Assembly (NCBI GenBank): GCA_964016885.1
Contig: OZ024743.1
Location: forward strand, 187,984,001-188,048,000
Length of the DNA stretch: 64,000 bases
DNA from: Eledone cirrhosa
Taxonomy: Eukaryota
Direction of reading: 5' to 3'
The translations under genes were made by a program, and so were the position numbers. The notes under the pieces are model-generated. The model was not told where the DNA came from, did no database searches, and worked only from the letters and a program-made list of their open reading frames with translations. Positions within the stretch are counted from its first letter, which is position 1, and each line of letters begins with the position of its first letter. This document shows positions 12,943 to 26,759 of the stretch, piece after piece.

Positions 12943-13275
12943 CACCCAGTGCATTACTGGTACTTTATTTTATCGACCCCTGCCAATAATAATTGTTTCT
13001 ACTTTAGGCACAAGGCCAGCAATTACCTAGTGCATTACTGGTACTTTATTTAATAATAATTGTTTCTACTTTAGGCACAAGACCAGCAATTATCCAGTGC
13101 ATTACTGGTACTTTATTCTATCGACCCGGAAGGATGAAAGGCAAAGTTAACCTCGGCGGCATTTGAACTCAGATCATACAGGGAGGTAACTCTATGCTTC
13201 AAAGCATGAACTTTAATAATAATTGTTTCTACTTTAGCCACAAGGCCAGCAAATTAGCCAGTGCATTACTGGTAC
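12943..13275 (-). mobile_element. Cluster of partial tRNA-derived SINE copies
   Basis: Repeated AATAATTGTTTCTACTTTAGGCACAAGGCCAGC and CCAGTGCATTACTGGTACTTTATT; reverse complement of the 20598-20780 SINE. Confidence 0.8.
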
Positions 13276-13574
13276 GATAAGCAACAAGTCGAAAAATTAC
13301 AGAACAGAACACAGACAAAAACAAACGCAACAGCAAAAGAAAAACAAATTTTAAAAGTTTTGAACGCAACACCTCCCTACCTACCTCGTGGCTATGACTA
13401 CGAGCTTAGCGTAGCTAAAATCGAAAACAGCAGCAGCAGCAGCAACAACAACACTAGTAACCGATGTTACTCTCCTTGAAAAACAAAAAAAAATAAGTCA
13501 TACATTCAAACAATACAATGAAACTTATGTTTATTTCTTTATTTTTTTATTTATTTATTTGTTTATTTATTTAT

Positions 13575-16500
13575 GTTCGTCTGCAACGTGATGGTGGTTA
13601 TGTAACCATACATTCACCAATCCTCGATATGGGTGTTTAAATGTCGAACCTAAACAGTTCGAATAACGGTGAAAAGGAGACTGGAACGTCATGTGAAAGA
13701 CTCTCAACCAGCAAGTGCTGCCTGGCCCAGCATCAGGGACCTGTCTGTCATCCAAATACTGCTGGTGTTGGAGGAAGAAGAAGGAAAGGGACAAGAACCA
13801 ACTGGATGGAAGAATTGAATAGAACTGTCATGGAATGTTACCTGAAGAATAACCCCATGGAAAAAAATAATAGGAAACGGATGCATAACATCTGGAATGA
13901 GATTGGTCTATTTAAATTAGATGAACAAAAATTGGCTGGGCAGGGTCGGGTAATAAGAACTAATGGATGGATAAGTGAGTTGGAACTGGAGGAACTGAGC
14001 AGAGAGATTAAGTTGGAAATGGAGAGTGGAGTATATCAGGCAAATGAGCCAGTGGGAAATGAAGGTGAAGAAATTGAAAGATCTGAGGAAGCATCCGAAG
14101 CAGACAATGATCTGAATGCTGAAATAAATAACATCTGGAACAAAGATACGGCCATTGAGGGAATGAATGCTGACGGGCTAGGACAAGATTTGGTTGATAT
14201 CCTGAACTTAGTGGTAGATGAAATGAACAATGATAGTGGAAAACCTATGAATCTAAGATTTGTAGACAGGAAAATGTTAAAAGAAACAACAGCTAAGGTA
14301 AACAAAGTCATCCCATACCTTGAGGCGAGGAACCTTCACTAATGCAACAATATCCTCAAAGCAACAGCAAATGCGGTGAGGAAATTACTTGGCATAAAAA
14401 TGAGAGGAAACAACAAACAAGAAATATCAGAACCTTGGTGGAAGAAACGACTGAATGGTCAAATTAAGGAAATGAGAAATGACATTGGAAAGCTTGAATC
14501 CCTACTGAATGGGACATTACAAAACATAGACACTAAAGATAGATTGGAAAAAAATACAAAACTAGGGGGGAAAAGCTAAATATTATCATTGAGGAACTGA
14601 AGCAACGCATTGTAGCAAAAAATGTAAAGATTAGGCTGTATAAGAACAGAGTCAGTCAGTATAGACAGAACCGCATGTTTGACAACCAGATGTTGTTTGG
14701 AAAACTTGAAGGGAAAGAAAGTGGCAACGATGTGATCCCTGAGGCTGAACAGACTAAGACATTCTGGAGAGGTATATGGGAGCAGGATATTGAACATAAT
14801 AGTCAGGCTGTGTGGATTGAGACAGTTCAAAAGGAAATTAGTAAAAAGGCTCACCAACAACCTGATTTGAGTATCACAGTTGAAACTCTTAAAGGGCAGG
14901 CCAAAAAACTAACCAACTTGAAATCACCAGGCCCAGATGGTGTGCAAGAGTATTGGATTAAAAACATAACATCCCTCCACCCGAAACTGACAACCATGTT
15001 CAGTGACTGCTTGATGTCGGGTGAGGTACCTGAGTGGTTGAGAAAAGGTACCACAGTTCTGGTAATGAAAGACCGAATCAAAGGTAATGATGTTACCAAC
15101 TATAGGCCCATCACATGTCTGTCCGTAATGTAGAAACTGTTAACAAGCATTGTGTCTGAGGAAATCTACCATCACCTCCACATAAACAACTTGCTACCGG
15201 ACGAACAGAAAGGATACCGAAAGAAGTCCTGTGGTTTAAAAGACCAGTTACTTATTGATAAGATGGTAATGAGGAATTGCAAGAGGAGGCACACTGGTCT
15301 TGCCATGTAATGGATAGATTACAAAAAGGCATTTGACATGTTACCTCATTCTTGGATAACGAAAAGCCTAGAGATTTTCAAGGTGGCAGATAACATCAGA
15401 CAGTTGTTGAGCAAGGGTATGAAGTCCTGGGAAACAGTTGACATCGGGTGGAGAATACTTGGGAGGCGTGAAGATCAAGAGAGGTATCTTCCGGGGAGAT
15501 AGTTTATCCCCTCTGCTGTTTGTCCTTGCTCTGATACCCCTGACCATTGTATTGTGAAAAGTGAGAGCAGGATACAAGTTGGGGAAATAAGAGCTTACCA
15601 TCAACCACCTCCCCTTCATGGACGATCTTAAACTCTTTGTGAAGAGTGAGAAGGAGTTGAATGTACTTGTTAACACTGTCCGTATTTTCAGCAATGATAT
15701 ATGTATGGAATTTGGTATTAATAAGTGTGGAGTCCTAGTGATGAAGAGGGGTAAATTGAGCAGAAGCAATGGAATCCAGGTACCAACAGGTGAGATGATA
15801 AAGGAAATTGACACTGAGGAGGGATACAAATATTTAGGTATTCTGGAGGCAGATGACATCAAGAATAAAAAAAATGAAGGAATTGATAAGATCTGAGTAC
15901 ATTAGGAGAGTAAGGAACGTATTAAAATCACATCTAAATAGTAGGAATGTCATAAGTGCAGTGAATTCCCGAGCTGTGTCTATTATTAGATACAGTGCGG
16001 GAATTCTGAAATGGAATGTTGCTGAACAAAAAAAAAATGGATAGGAAGACTAGGAAGCTATTGACTATCTACAACATGTTCCACAAGAGGAGTGATGTCG
16101 ATAGACTCTACTTAAAGAGATCTGAAGTTGGAAGAGGTCTTATCAGCATAGAGGACTGTGTTCAGATGGAGAAAAACAACCTGCACAAATACGTGACTGA
16201 CAGTAGGGAGCCAATGCTCAAAATTATACTGAAGGAGAAGACAATAGACCAGGGGATGACCAAGGAGGAAATAACAACAAGGAGGAAGAGCAACCTTCAT
16301 GAAAAATCCCTTCATAATACCTTCTTTAGGAAAATTGAATTTAGAGATCCACAGACATGGAACTGGTTAAAAAGAGGAGACCTTAAAAAAGCTACGGAAG
16401 GAATGCTAATGGCTGCACAAGAGCAAGCCCTCAGAACGAAGTGGGTGAAACACCATATATACAAGGAGGAGGCTAGCTCACCGTAGGATCTGTGAAGAGA

Positions 16501-17119
16501 GGCTCACATTGTATCCGAGTGTAAACACCTAGCCCAGACTCACTATAAAAGCTGGAGACATGATGTGATAGGCAGGGTGATGAACTGGCATCTATGCAAA
16601 GTAAACAATTTACCACATTCTGAGATGTGGTATGAGCATAAGCCAGAGTCGGTGATAAAAAACGATCAGGTGAAGGTGCTATGGGATTTTAGAATACAGG
16701 CGGACAAGAAATTAGAACACAATAGGCCTGACCTGGTGGTTTTGAACAAGGGAAAAAGATCGTGTCTGATTGTAGATGTAGCCTGCCCATTTGACACAAG
16801 AGTGCAAGAAAAGGAGAGGGAGAAACTTAACCGATACCAAGACTTAAATTGAGAGTTAAAAAGTATTTGGAACTGCCATGAAGTCAAGGTCGCCCCGATT
16901 GTCATAGGTGCACTAGGTACTATCTCAAAGAGTTTCTAAGGATTGTTAAAGAAGATTAGTCCAGCCCCACTTTTTGGAACACTTCAAAAGGCATGCTTGC
17001 TGGGAACAGCAACAAACCCTCCAATACCTCCTGAATATCTGGGGCTGCTGGTAGCGACTTGATATTCATTTCAATAAACTTTCCAGTTAAATAACATCAA
17101 TGACTGAGACTCAAAGAAC
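13575..17119 (+). mobile_element. Apparently full-length but inactivated R4/Dong-like family B element
   Basis: ATG 13641; Myb-like N-terminal region (RTNWMEELNRTVMECY...EQKL); RT (DYKKAFD, FMDD); RLE (NRPDL, DVACP); many stops and frameshifts; (TTTA)n 5' and (TAA)n 3'. Confidence 0.88.
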
Positions 17120-17140
17120 AATAATAATAATAATAATAAT

Positions 17141-19546
17141 GATTTCATTTATTAGCCACAAGGGTCGACATGTAGGGGACAATACAAAGACAGGTACAGT
17201 GGGGTTCACAATAAGGTCGAGTAAAAGTGCACAATGGCAAGACTAATTTAACAATGAAGATTTAAAAGATATAAAATAAACTATGCATAAATATAACAAA
17301 ATAAATTCCACTATAGGGGGGGACCCAGGGGTGACTCAGGTACCCCACCAATATTGAACCACCCTGCGGTTCTATGGCACCCAGGGAGAGCACCCTTCTC
17401 CTCAAGTTAGCTAGCCTATAGGCGCATGGTCAGAGTAGGCCCATTCACACGAGCCATTCTCACCACATTCATCCACCTTTTAGCACTTCTGTTTCTACCC
17501 TCACCTTCCTTTCCAGGTGAACCTTGAAGAAGTTGATGAGGGATTGGCCGAAGAGAAAAGTGTGTGTCTTCAGTCCTTTTAATCTGGTCCACCATATAAC
17601 CTCTTTTGCAACGGCCACCAGACAGAGGAATATTGCCTGCTCTTCCTGACCTAAGGAAGGCGGCGGGTCGATCTTCACTATGGATTCGACCGATAGCCTG
17701 ATCCGTTCCACACGCGCTCGACATAACTCCACAAGTCAGTAATGCATGGACATTTGAAAAATGCGTGTAGAACGGTTTTGTCACTCTGTGCACATCTTGG
17801 GCAGGTCCGTCTGACAGCACTTCTGTGCCTGTAGAGTTTATCCCGAACTGGCAGTGCTCCCCCGGTAGCACTGCCAAGTGAGAGATTTCTAAAAATTGTC
17901 CATCGTCCCCGGCTTGATAGTCCTCCGGTACAGACCGGTCAATTTGACTTCGTCGAGGCCCAAAGCTTCTCCGAGTGCGTCATCGCACTTGCCCACCACT
18001 AATCCTCTATAGAACTCGAGAGTGGAAGTTCCACTGATTGCATTGCCTGCTTGGTAGAGGGCAGTGATTGCCTGGCAACATTCCAGGTGCCAGTCACCCA
18101 GTCTCGGTCTCTTCTTGACCCAGGACTGCAGCCCAGTCAAAGAAACGAGCTGCAGAAAGGCCTGTCTGAGAAACGGTGACCACACCTGTTCACCATTTAG
18201 GCAGCATATCAGGAGATGTCGCATGTCTGCGCATCATTAGCCACGGCAAGCCCAACCCTCCGCTTAGAGGGTGCTGGCAGCAGATGGACCGGCTCACCAA
18301 CGGAACTTTTCCTTTCCACAAGAATTTAAAGAGGAACCATTCGAACTTGACGAGGCGTGGATGGGGGCAAGGCATGATAGTCAGGCGGTAGTAGATAACG
18401 GATGCGATGTACGCATTCGCCACCTCTGTGCGACCTTTCAGTGATAGCTTCCTCCCAGCCCATTTTCGAGTGAGACTGGCTACTCTGCTCATTACCTCGT
18501 CCCAATTCTTTTCCACCTGGAGGTCTGAATGAAACCCTGAGCAACTTTACCGGTCCGTCTGTCCAGCGCCCCACGATGCTGTTGGACGCCATAGGCTTGT
18601 CTCCAGGTTCCGAGCTGCAAGCCCACTGACTTTTCCGAGTTAAGTTTGGCTCATGTCAACCTTTCATATTCATTCAATAAGGTACCGACCACCTCGATTT
18701 CTGAGGTGTCTGACACCATCCCGTTGATGTCGTCCGCATAAACCGACACTGCCTTTCTACGTCCCGGTTCGAGCAGGATGCCCTGCAACAGCTCCAGCTT
18801 CTGCAGTAAAGGCTTGAGAGTCAATACGTACAGAAGGGAAGAGAGAGGGCACCCTTGACAGACCGATCGGGAGAGCCGAAATGGTTCCGAGAGGTGGCCA
18901 TTAACCTTGACCACCGAACGTGTGCCTCTGTGCATTGCAGCGATCCAGCTTCTGAAGACAGGGCTGAAGCCAGCTGCTTTGAGGACAAACTCCAGATACC
19001 GATGGTCGACCTTATTGAATGCTTCCGATTGATCTAAATTGATCAGTGCCCCACCAAAGCCAGGTTTACAACCTACCCTCTCTATGATGTATCGCATGAG
19101 GTGGAGATTGTCGTGTATGGACCTGGCTGGGATTGCAGAAGTTTGCGCCTCCCCAACCAAATCCTCGACGACAAGCGCCAATCTCTTTGCTAACATCTTT
19201 GCCAAAATCTTAAATTCTGTGTTGAGCAGAGTTATGGGCCTGAAGTTGTCTAATGTATCCCTCTTGTTCTCGTCTTTCCTTATCAGTGTCACCTCTCCCC
19301 TGCTCAAAGAACTGGGATTACTCCCATTCTGCTGCCAATTTCAGTAGAGTGCTTTGAGGAGATCGGAGAACAAGTCTGGCATATTTACGTAAAGCTCGTA
19401 GGGCAGGCCATCCAAACCGGGTGACTTGCGCCGCATGCAGCTGACAAGGGCGTCCTGAATTTTGGCTGCAGTAATCGGCCTTTTGCAGCACTCAGCATCG
19501 ACTGTCGAGATGCACGGCAAGTCATCAAGGTAGGGACTGAAATCCG
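17141..19546 (-). mobile_element. Tx1-like element, 5'-truncated, diverged subfamily
   Basis: KSPGLDGLPYE, NFRPITLLN, QGCPLS, YADD, KLSLKGR; 3' end abuts (TAA)n 17120-17140. Confidence 0.88.
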
Positions 19547-20535
19547 CTAATAAAATTACATACATACATACAAATATATATAATGTCTGCATCTCAGTTT
19601 TGAGAATTGCTATCCCTTGACGTTCTTCTCAAACTCAGATTCCTTTCTGTATATGCTGCAGCAAAAGAAAAAAGAAAAGGCCATACTCATGCAATACACA
19701 TGAGTCATTTAGATCAAGTGATGCCTGTGCTTGAAGCATTTTTAAGTGAGGAACGGCCTGGCACTGGACCAATCTCACTCTCTGAACAATAGTAACAGTT
19801 ATCCAAAAAGAAGTACAAGACAACATCATTGGCTGCCATCATGTTGCAGGTTTTACATAAGAGTTTTCCTTCTCTTAGAATGCTGTCCTTACAAGAAGTA
19901 GGGTTCTCTCTCTCGATCAGCTAACCCTGTAAGCTCAGACACCAAATCGAGTATTTCCATGTTCCTGTACAAACACACATACATACATGCATGCATACAT
20001 AAATGCATATATATATGTATATATGCATGCATACATACATATATGCATACATACACACATGGTGGCAGTAACCCTTTGATTGGATATACCTATGAAATGA
20101 TATTAGCTTGTGTCTTCTGGATGTTGCAAATGGATATGATTTTTAAGCCAGCAAGTGATTTCCAGTTTTTAGCACAAGATTCGTAGTTGTGCAACTCATT
20201 TCCATCATGTTACTTTCTAAGGCTACACAGCCATTCACATCATTCAAAGTTCCCATGATATTGAATGATGCCTGTGTGTGAAGCTTTTTATAGTGGAAAA
20301 AAGGCTTGCACAAAACCAAACCTACTCACTGAGAAACAATAGCTATAATGTGAAAAGAAGAAAAGATCAATATAATCGGTTACTATTGAGTTGGAGATTT
20401 TACCTCAAACATATCCTAATGACATTCAGGGGTCTCTACCTCCCAGTAGGCTTACTACACACTCAGACAGCAACCTGGGTATTTCTATGTCCTTGTGCAT
20501 ACATATACATACATACATACATATATACATACATA

Positions 20536-21070
20536 ATGGCTGCCCCCTCGTTATCGAGTATGGCCATTGCACGATATACCATTATTAATAATTATTAGGT
20601 GGATTGGCAGTATTGGTAGAGGGTCGGACGCCATGCTTTCCAGCATAGTTACGTCCCTTTACGATCTGAGTTCAAATCCCGCCGAGGTTGACTTTGCCTT
20701 TCATCCTTACGGGGTCGACAAAATAAAGTACCAGTAATGAACGGGGTAATTGCTAGCCTTGTGCCTACAGTAGAAACAATTAATTAATTCTAGCATGCAA
20801 TCCCTGTGCATGAAGATATTTTTTAAAGTGAGGAAAGACTATGCACTGAGACAATCCCACTCTCTGAGCGACAGTAGCTATAACCCGAAAAGAAGAAAAG
20901 ATCAACATCATCGGTAACTACTGAGCCGCAGCTTTTATGTTGGGGTTATCCCAGTTTCCTGAGTTGCCTTCTCCTAGAACAATGCCCTGACAAAGGCTAG
21001 GGGTCCTTCACTCACAGTGGTTTAACCATGTAATCAGGTATCCAGCCCGACTATTTCTATGTCCCTGTGC
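20536..21070 (-). repeat. Dispersed non-coding repeat, possibly a non-autonomous RTE derivative, interrupted by a SINE
   Basis: Homologous to 1061-1202 and partly to 20270-20500; (CATA)n flanks; strand and RTE origin are inferred. Confidence 0.5.
20598..20780 (+). mobile_element. Complete tRNA-derived SINE, ~180 bp
   Basis: A-box TGGCAGTATTGG, B-box GAGTTCAAATCC, central GCCTTTCATCCTTACGGGGTCGACAAAATAAAGTACCAG (MetaSINE-like); ends defined by the empty site near 1120. Confidence 0.85.
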
Positions 21071-21479
21071 ATATACATACACATGCACACATGCATATAC
21101 ATACATACATACATAAATATATATATACATACATACACATACATACATAATCCATTAATGGAACAGTAAAAATATGTAAAACATTCCAAAAATTCTGCAT
21201 CTAATAACTGCATATACTTTTGTACAGATACAAAGCATATGCGCACATATAATTCAAAATATACACATCCCCACATACAATAACATCCATACCTGCACAC
21301 ACATGCATGCATGTAGACATACATACATATCTACTTAATTGATGTTCTGTAGATTCCAATAAGAGAGTCTTGTATCTATGTTAGAAACTGACTCTCTCTC
21401 TATTGGGCAAAAATTTGTGAAATTATAAAACCTGAAGAACATACATACACACTTACATCAATGCAACCAGCTGCACACA

Positions 21480-23020
21480 TTGGCATGGGAAACTATTTAT
21501 AATATTTAAGAAGAACACTATCTCCGACAGTAAGTCCCGAGATAACAGCCGTGTTGAATAACTGGATATTCTTATAACTATACCAACTGAAGACACCTTT
21601 TGTTCGAATTCGTACAGATACTAAATTCATTTTACAAGGATTTGCTACAAGCAGCATGACTGAACACAACATCAACATCAACAACATTACTGGAGTACCG
21701 AAAAAAACAACAATGAGAAAGGTAAACAAATTCTCTTTAGTTGTAGATACAGAAAGAACCGAAATTATAAATAACATTTCGCTTGGAATTATGTACTTAA
21801 TAATGATTTATTTAATTGTTACAAAAGAGCAAAAGAAAAGAAAATCTCACTGGCTATATGAACAGAATGAAGCTATACATCCTGGGCTAAATCACTTCAC
21901 AGCCAAACAATTACACCAACAAGCAACGTTTGTCGAATGTAAAAGTAACATGAACATTATTCAGTGTAAGTCTCCCAGATCGAAAATATAATCAACAACT
22001 ACAGGTCGTCATGTTACTACATTTTCTAGCTGCCAGGCTGGACATCAGCTAACAACAGGAATACACGAACAGACCCTCGAAACAACTATACCAGTAAAAA
22101 ATTTGACATGACATATATCAACTGATTCTAGTTTGACTGTTGTGGAAAACACTGTCAATAATAATACGTCTGCTATTCTCTGGGAAAATCAAGAGTATAA
22201 ACAATTGAAATATACCCTCAGCGAAACTTTCCAGAAAGAAATTAATTCATGTATAAACATTACTCTCATGGAATGTAATAAAACAACAGTACTAAAGGAA
22301 ATGAAAGCAAATAATAAAATCTTGTGTGCTATTTATGAAATTGGAGGTGAATATCTATGAAGAATTAAAACCCTTATATTTTGGCAAATCAACGTCTGTT
22401 TATATGCCCTTGGTGATAAGAACAAATTACCATCAACAACACCATCATATATAACACAAATAGAAAAAATTACTGACTTATGGAAAACTATATGATATGT
22501 GACAATGCTCCTTAAAAAAACTAAAAACTACACTCCTCACCAAAAATGAGTGACAAATGAAATAGAAAAGATGTTTGGAGAGAGTACAACTGCATAAAGA
22601 AATCCAAAAGAACTACTGCCTCTACATGACAACAAAAACACAGAATACAATATGATACCTTTGAGACTGTGATAGGCAAACTCTAAGATAAGATAACACC
22701 AGGAAGAAACTTCATTGTCAGCTACTGGTACAAAAACTGACATTCTATCGGATGTATCTTATCAACCTCTACCAACAAGCTCTCAATGGTGATACACATA
22801 TTCCAGGGTTGTTGACATTAGCACAAACAATATTGGTCCCTAAGAACAAAGACACCCACTTGAAAAAAAACTACCTATCCATAGCATGCCAAAACCTAAT
22901 CTATAACATGTATACAGCCTGTCTGAACCTATCTCTCCAAGATCCTTGCGATTGTAATAATATCATCATAGATGCACAAGCAGCAGCAAAGAAAGGTGTT
23001 TGGGTGTGTTCTGGACAACT
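21480..23020 (+). mobile_element. Old, heavily decayed Dong/R4-like 5' portion
   Basis: TILVPKNKDTHLKKNYLSIACQNLIYNMYT resembles RT entry motif T.L.PK....NYRPI.C; Myb-like remnant near 21850-21930. Confidence 0.55.
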
Positions 23021-24515
23021 AGAATTATCCACAGTATCAAAAGCCTTAGTAAGATCTACAAAGATGTGATACATACATGCATACAAACATACACATACAT
23101 ACATATATACATACATACAAACAAACATACATGCATACATATTTTCAGGCAAATAAAGTGTTAAGCTTACTTGCATACTGCAAATACATTCTGGAAGCAA
23201 AACTGTAAAAATATACAAGAAATTCGAGATGTAACTCTTTACTATTGTTATTATTGGAATTCCAGTAACGGAGCTTTGTTTCTATGTTAAAACCAACTCC
23301 TATAAACTTCAAAGAAAAATGATTACATATACATATATAAATTGAAACCATTTATTTTGTGTGATTTATCAATGGGTAAATCTGATCATTCCAATTAGCA
23401 AATCATGATGTAATAAGTTAAAGCACTCAACATTATGCAAATCATCCATCGTAGATTTGGTATCCCATATTGTGTTTCTGCAACATTAAAAGAATATTCT
23501 GTCCTGTCTTCTGTTGTTTTTGAATAAACATATATAAATGCATACATAGATGATGAATTCTCCTTTTGTTTTGAAAATAAGTATTCAATTGTTAAATCAA
23601 CTGAACATCTCACTTACAAAATTTACATGCAAGTGATTGAATGTTCTATAGACTTGTGTACCATTAACGTAATTCCAAAGCTGAATCAGCCTGATAAAAT
23701 ATGTGACAGGGCTAGACCATTGAATTACAGGTAGAATTCATCAAATGATATTCCACACAATTTCTGTCTACCAAATTTCACTCACAGAGCTTTGGTTGAC
23801 CCAGGACAACAGTAAAGATACTTGCTCAAAATGCCATGCAATGAGCTTTATGTTAGAAGCCTATGATTACAAAGTAAACCTCTTAACCACTAAATTCCCC
23901 TGCATTTATACAAAGATAGATAAAATTGAAATTACTAGCTGCACATAAATAAATAAGTAATCTACAAACTCCAATACTATATTACACAAACATAGAAAGA
24001 GAACAGAGAAAACTGCAATAAAAACAAATATATAGATACAAAAATTGAAGCAGGAAACACCTTCCACCTTAATAAATGTCTTCCAATCCCTGCATGTATT
24101 TCATGTAGCATCGAAATGATACATTGACTAATTTCATCACAAAGAAATTTTAGCATTTTTCTCATTTTTCTTTATTGTAAGCAGGTGAACCAAGAGACAA
24201 AGAATGAAACAAAATATGGTAAAACAACAAAAAAAAAAAAGAAAAAACTACAACAGTCTATGCTTGAGAAAAAATCGCTATTAACGACTGAGACAAGAAC
24301 AAAATGCTCAAGAGATGCTCATGTAGATTATTATGTACAAAAGAAGAATGGTATTCAGTAATCTTTTAAGGAAAACAACAACCTGCCAAAATAAAATTAA
24401 TTTCCCAGACAAATCATTTGGTAATGTCAAAGTAATTCCCAACAAAATTCATCTTAATATACATGTGTGCATGTGTGTGTTTATATGTACATATTGTGTG
24501 TACACACACACATAC

Positions 24516-24549
<34 letters not shown>

Positions 24550-25845
24550 GGGAAGTGTTTATGTATGTATATAATGAAGGTATAGTATTTGGCAGATTTG
24601 GTTGGTAGAATGAATAAAATATCAAGATATGTTATAGCTGCATTTTGTTTTTCTAAATATATTTTACTCTTCAAATCTTGCTAGAGGGTTCTCATGACAT
24701 ATCAAATTAACGCCATCACTCTTTTCTCTATGTTTGTCAATTCTCATATTTTTCCTCTCCTCAACTATATGATGTGACAATGCGGTAGCCTTTACAATGA
24801 CACAAAAACAATCAGAGTTACAATGGTCAAGGTTGGGGAATGCCTTAATTAAAAATGTTGCTTGCATTCAAATTTAAAATGCTGACTGTGTGTATAATAA
24901 TTTCTTTGCTTTGTGTACATCTTGAAGCAATCCAACTGGTGATATATCTAATATATGTCCAGGTCTTCCCATAGCACAGCTAGGCCAAGTTGTTCAAAGT
25001 ATTCTGGAAAAGCTGGTAGTTTTCAAAAATGTCTGCAATTTCTCACATGACATCGTTGCTCTTACTTCATAGACAACCTAATATAATTTCTCACAACATG
25101 GTCATGAATAAAATTAAATATGATCATAGTCTATATCATCAACATCATCATTATCATTTCATATTTCTTTTCAACGATCTGAGGTTGGAGGTTTCAGGGA
25201 ATCACATTTTGTTCATATGTTCCATTTTGACATGGTTTCTATGGATGTCTTTCCTAATGACAACCTCTTTACAGAGTGTCGGGGGTGGATTTTATTGTGC
25301 CACTAGCGTTAACATTTTACAGAGTGTATTAGGTGAATTGTATAGTGGCACCAGCACTGACACTTACAGAATGTATGAGATGTATTTTATTAAGGCACCA
25401 ATATTATCATTTACACAATGTACTAGAGAGAAGGTCTTGTCCTAGACCTGTCTGCTCTATCTATACTTTCTTCTGGTTTCTACAAGTGGGTAGCCTACCT
25501 AAACACCAACCAATTTGCTTAATGCTTTGGGTATATTCTAACATATCTCCAAGGCATTGGAGAAATTGTCTTATTCACAACTTGCCTGGAGAGTCCGCTC
25601 TACTCTTCACCTTCAAAATCCCAACCACTTTTCAGAGAGGTAATAAGTGCATTTAGGTAGGCATAGATAATAGTGAAGAAGATGGGAATCGGTGGCTAAG
25701 ATGGACAGAGAGGTAGGGTATAAGATGATACAGGATAGACAAGATTCAGGAAGGAGCTGTGAGGAGTGAATAGCAATACACATGAAGATACAACACTCAC
25801 ACATACAGATACACACAAATATATCCATATATATATATATATATA

Positions 25846-26072
25846 TTTATTAAAATAACAGATTAAAGTTTAAGCAAAGAATCGCTGCTTTCACCCTTAA
25901 CGGGATCTTCTGAAACTCAGAAGATCCCGTTAGGGGTGAAAGCAGCGATCCTTTGCTTAAACTTTAATCTGTTATTTTAACAAATATTTGCTCTACGGTT
26001 CTTATATATCTGATATACATTTATCCTTATCGAGTCCTCTTTGGATTTTAGTCTTCAAATTTATTATTATTA
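25846..26072. mobile_element. Solo Naiad-type pLTR fragment with inverted 5' duplication
   Basis: 25918-26072 matches 36975-37132; 25846-25917 is the reverse complement of the same sequence; (TA)n on both sides. Confidence 0.85.
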
Positions 26073-26081
26073 CTATATATA

Positions 26082-26137
<56 letters not shown>

Positions 26138-26501
26138 TATACTAGCTGAGCTACCCAGTGATTCCCAGGTATTTTATTAAAGTTACAATATTTGACCATT
26201 GAAATATGATTGCTGAATTAGGAATTATAACAGAATATTTATTGACGTTTGTTTAAAGCAAATCATGTAGATAAAATTATTATTAGTTTTGGCCAGTGGT
26301 GATTTTTTTAATACTACTCCCTATGACAGTCAGCATATATAATGCTTCGCACTTGGAAGAATCTGTAGCAGAGGTATGTTGTCAGTGAAAAGGGCATGAC
26401 CAAAAACATAAATTTACATTTTATTTATCCTTTTTTTTTTTTTTGCACAATCAGAACCTATGAAATTCAAACAAAATGTGAAGGCTATTTTAAAAAGCAT
26501 C

Positions 26502-26610
26502 AATAAAATAAAATAAAATAAAATAAAATAAAATAAAATAAAATAAAATAAAATAAAAAAAGATAAAAAAAAAATAAAAAAAAAAATAAAATTAAAAAAA
26601 AAAAAAAAAA
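26502..26610. repeat. (AAAAT)n / poly-A tract
   Basis: Direct reading. Confidence 0.9.
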
Positions 26611-26759
26611 ATTACCATTGGTTTATGAATGAAGAATTTACTTTATTTCTGTAATTCAGGAAAGTGTATTTAAATGTAAGTGTGCTAAATATAAACATAT
26701 ACACTAGGAATCAAACTCCCACTGTCACATTCCTCCATCTCTCCTGATCTCCCCATCAC

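Noticed and set aside
19590-19850. Coding-like segment as a host exon
   Set aside because: Stops in plausible frames and no recognisable motif or splice pair.
20598-20685. tRNA gene
   Set aside because: A/B boxes belong to a multi-copy SINE head; no convincing cloverleaf.
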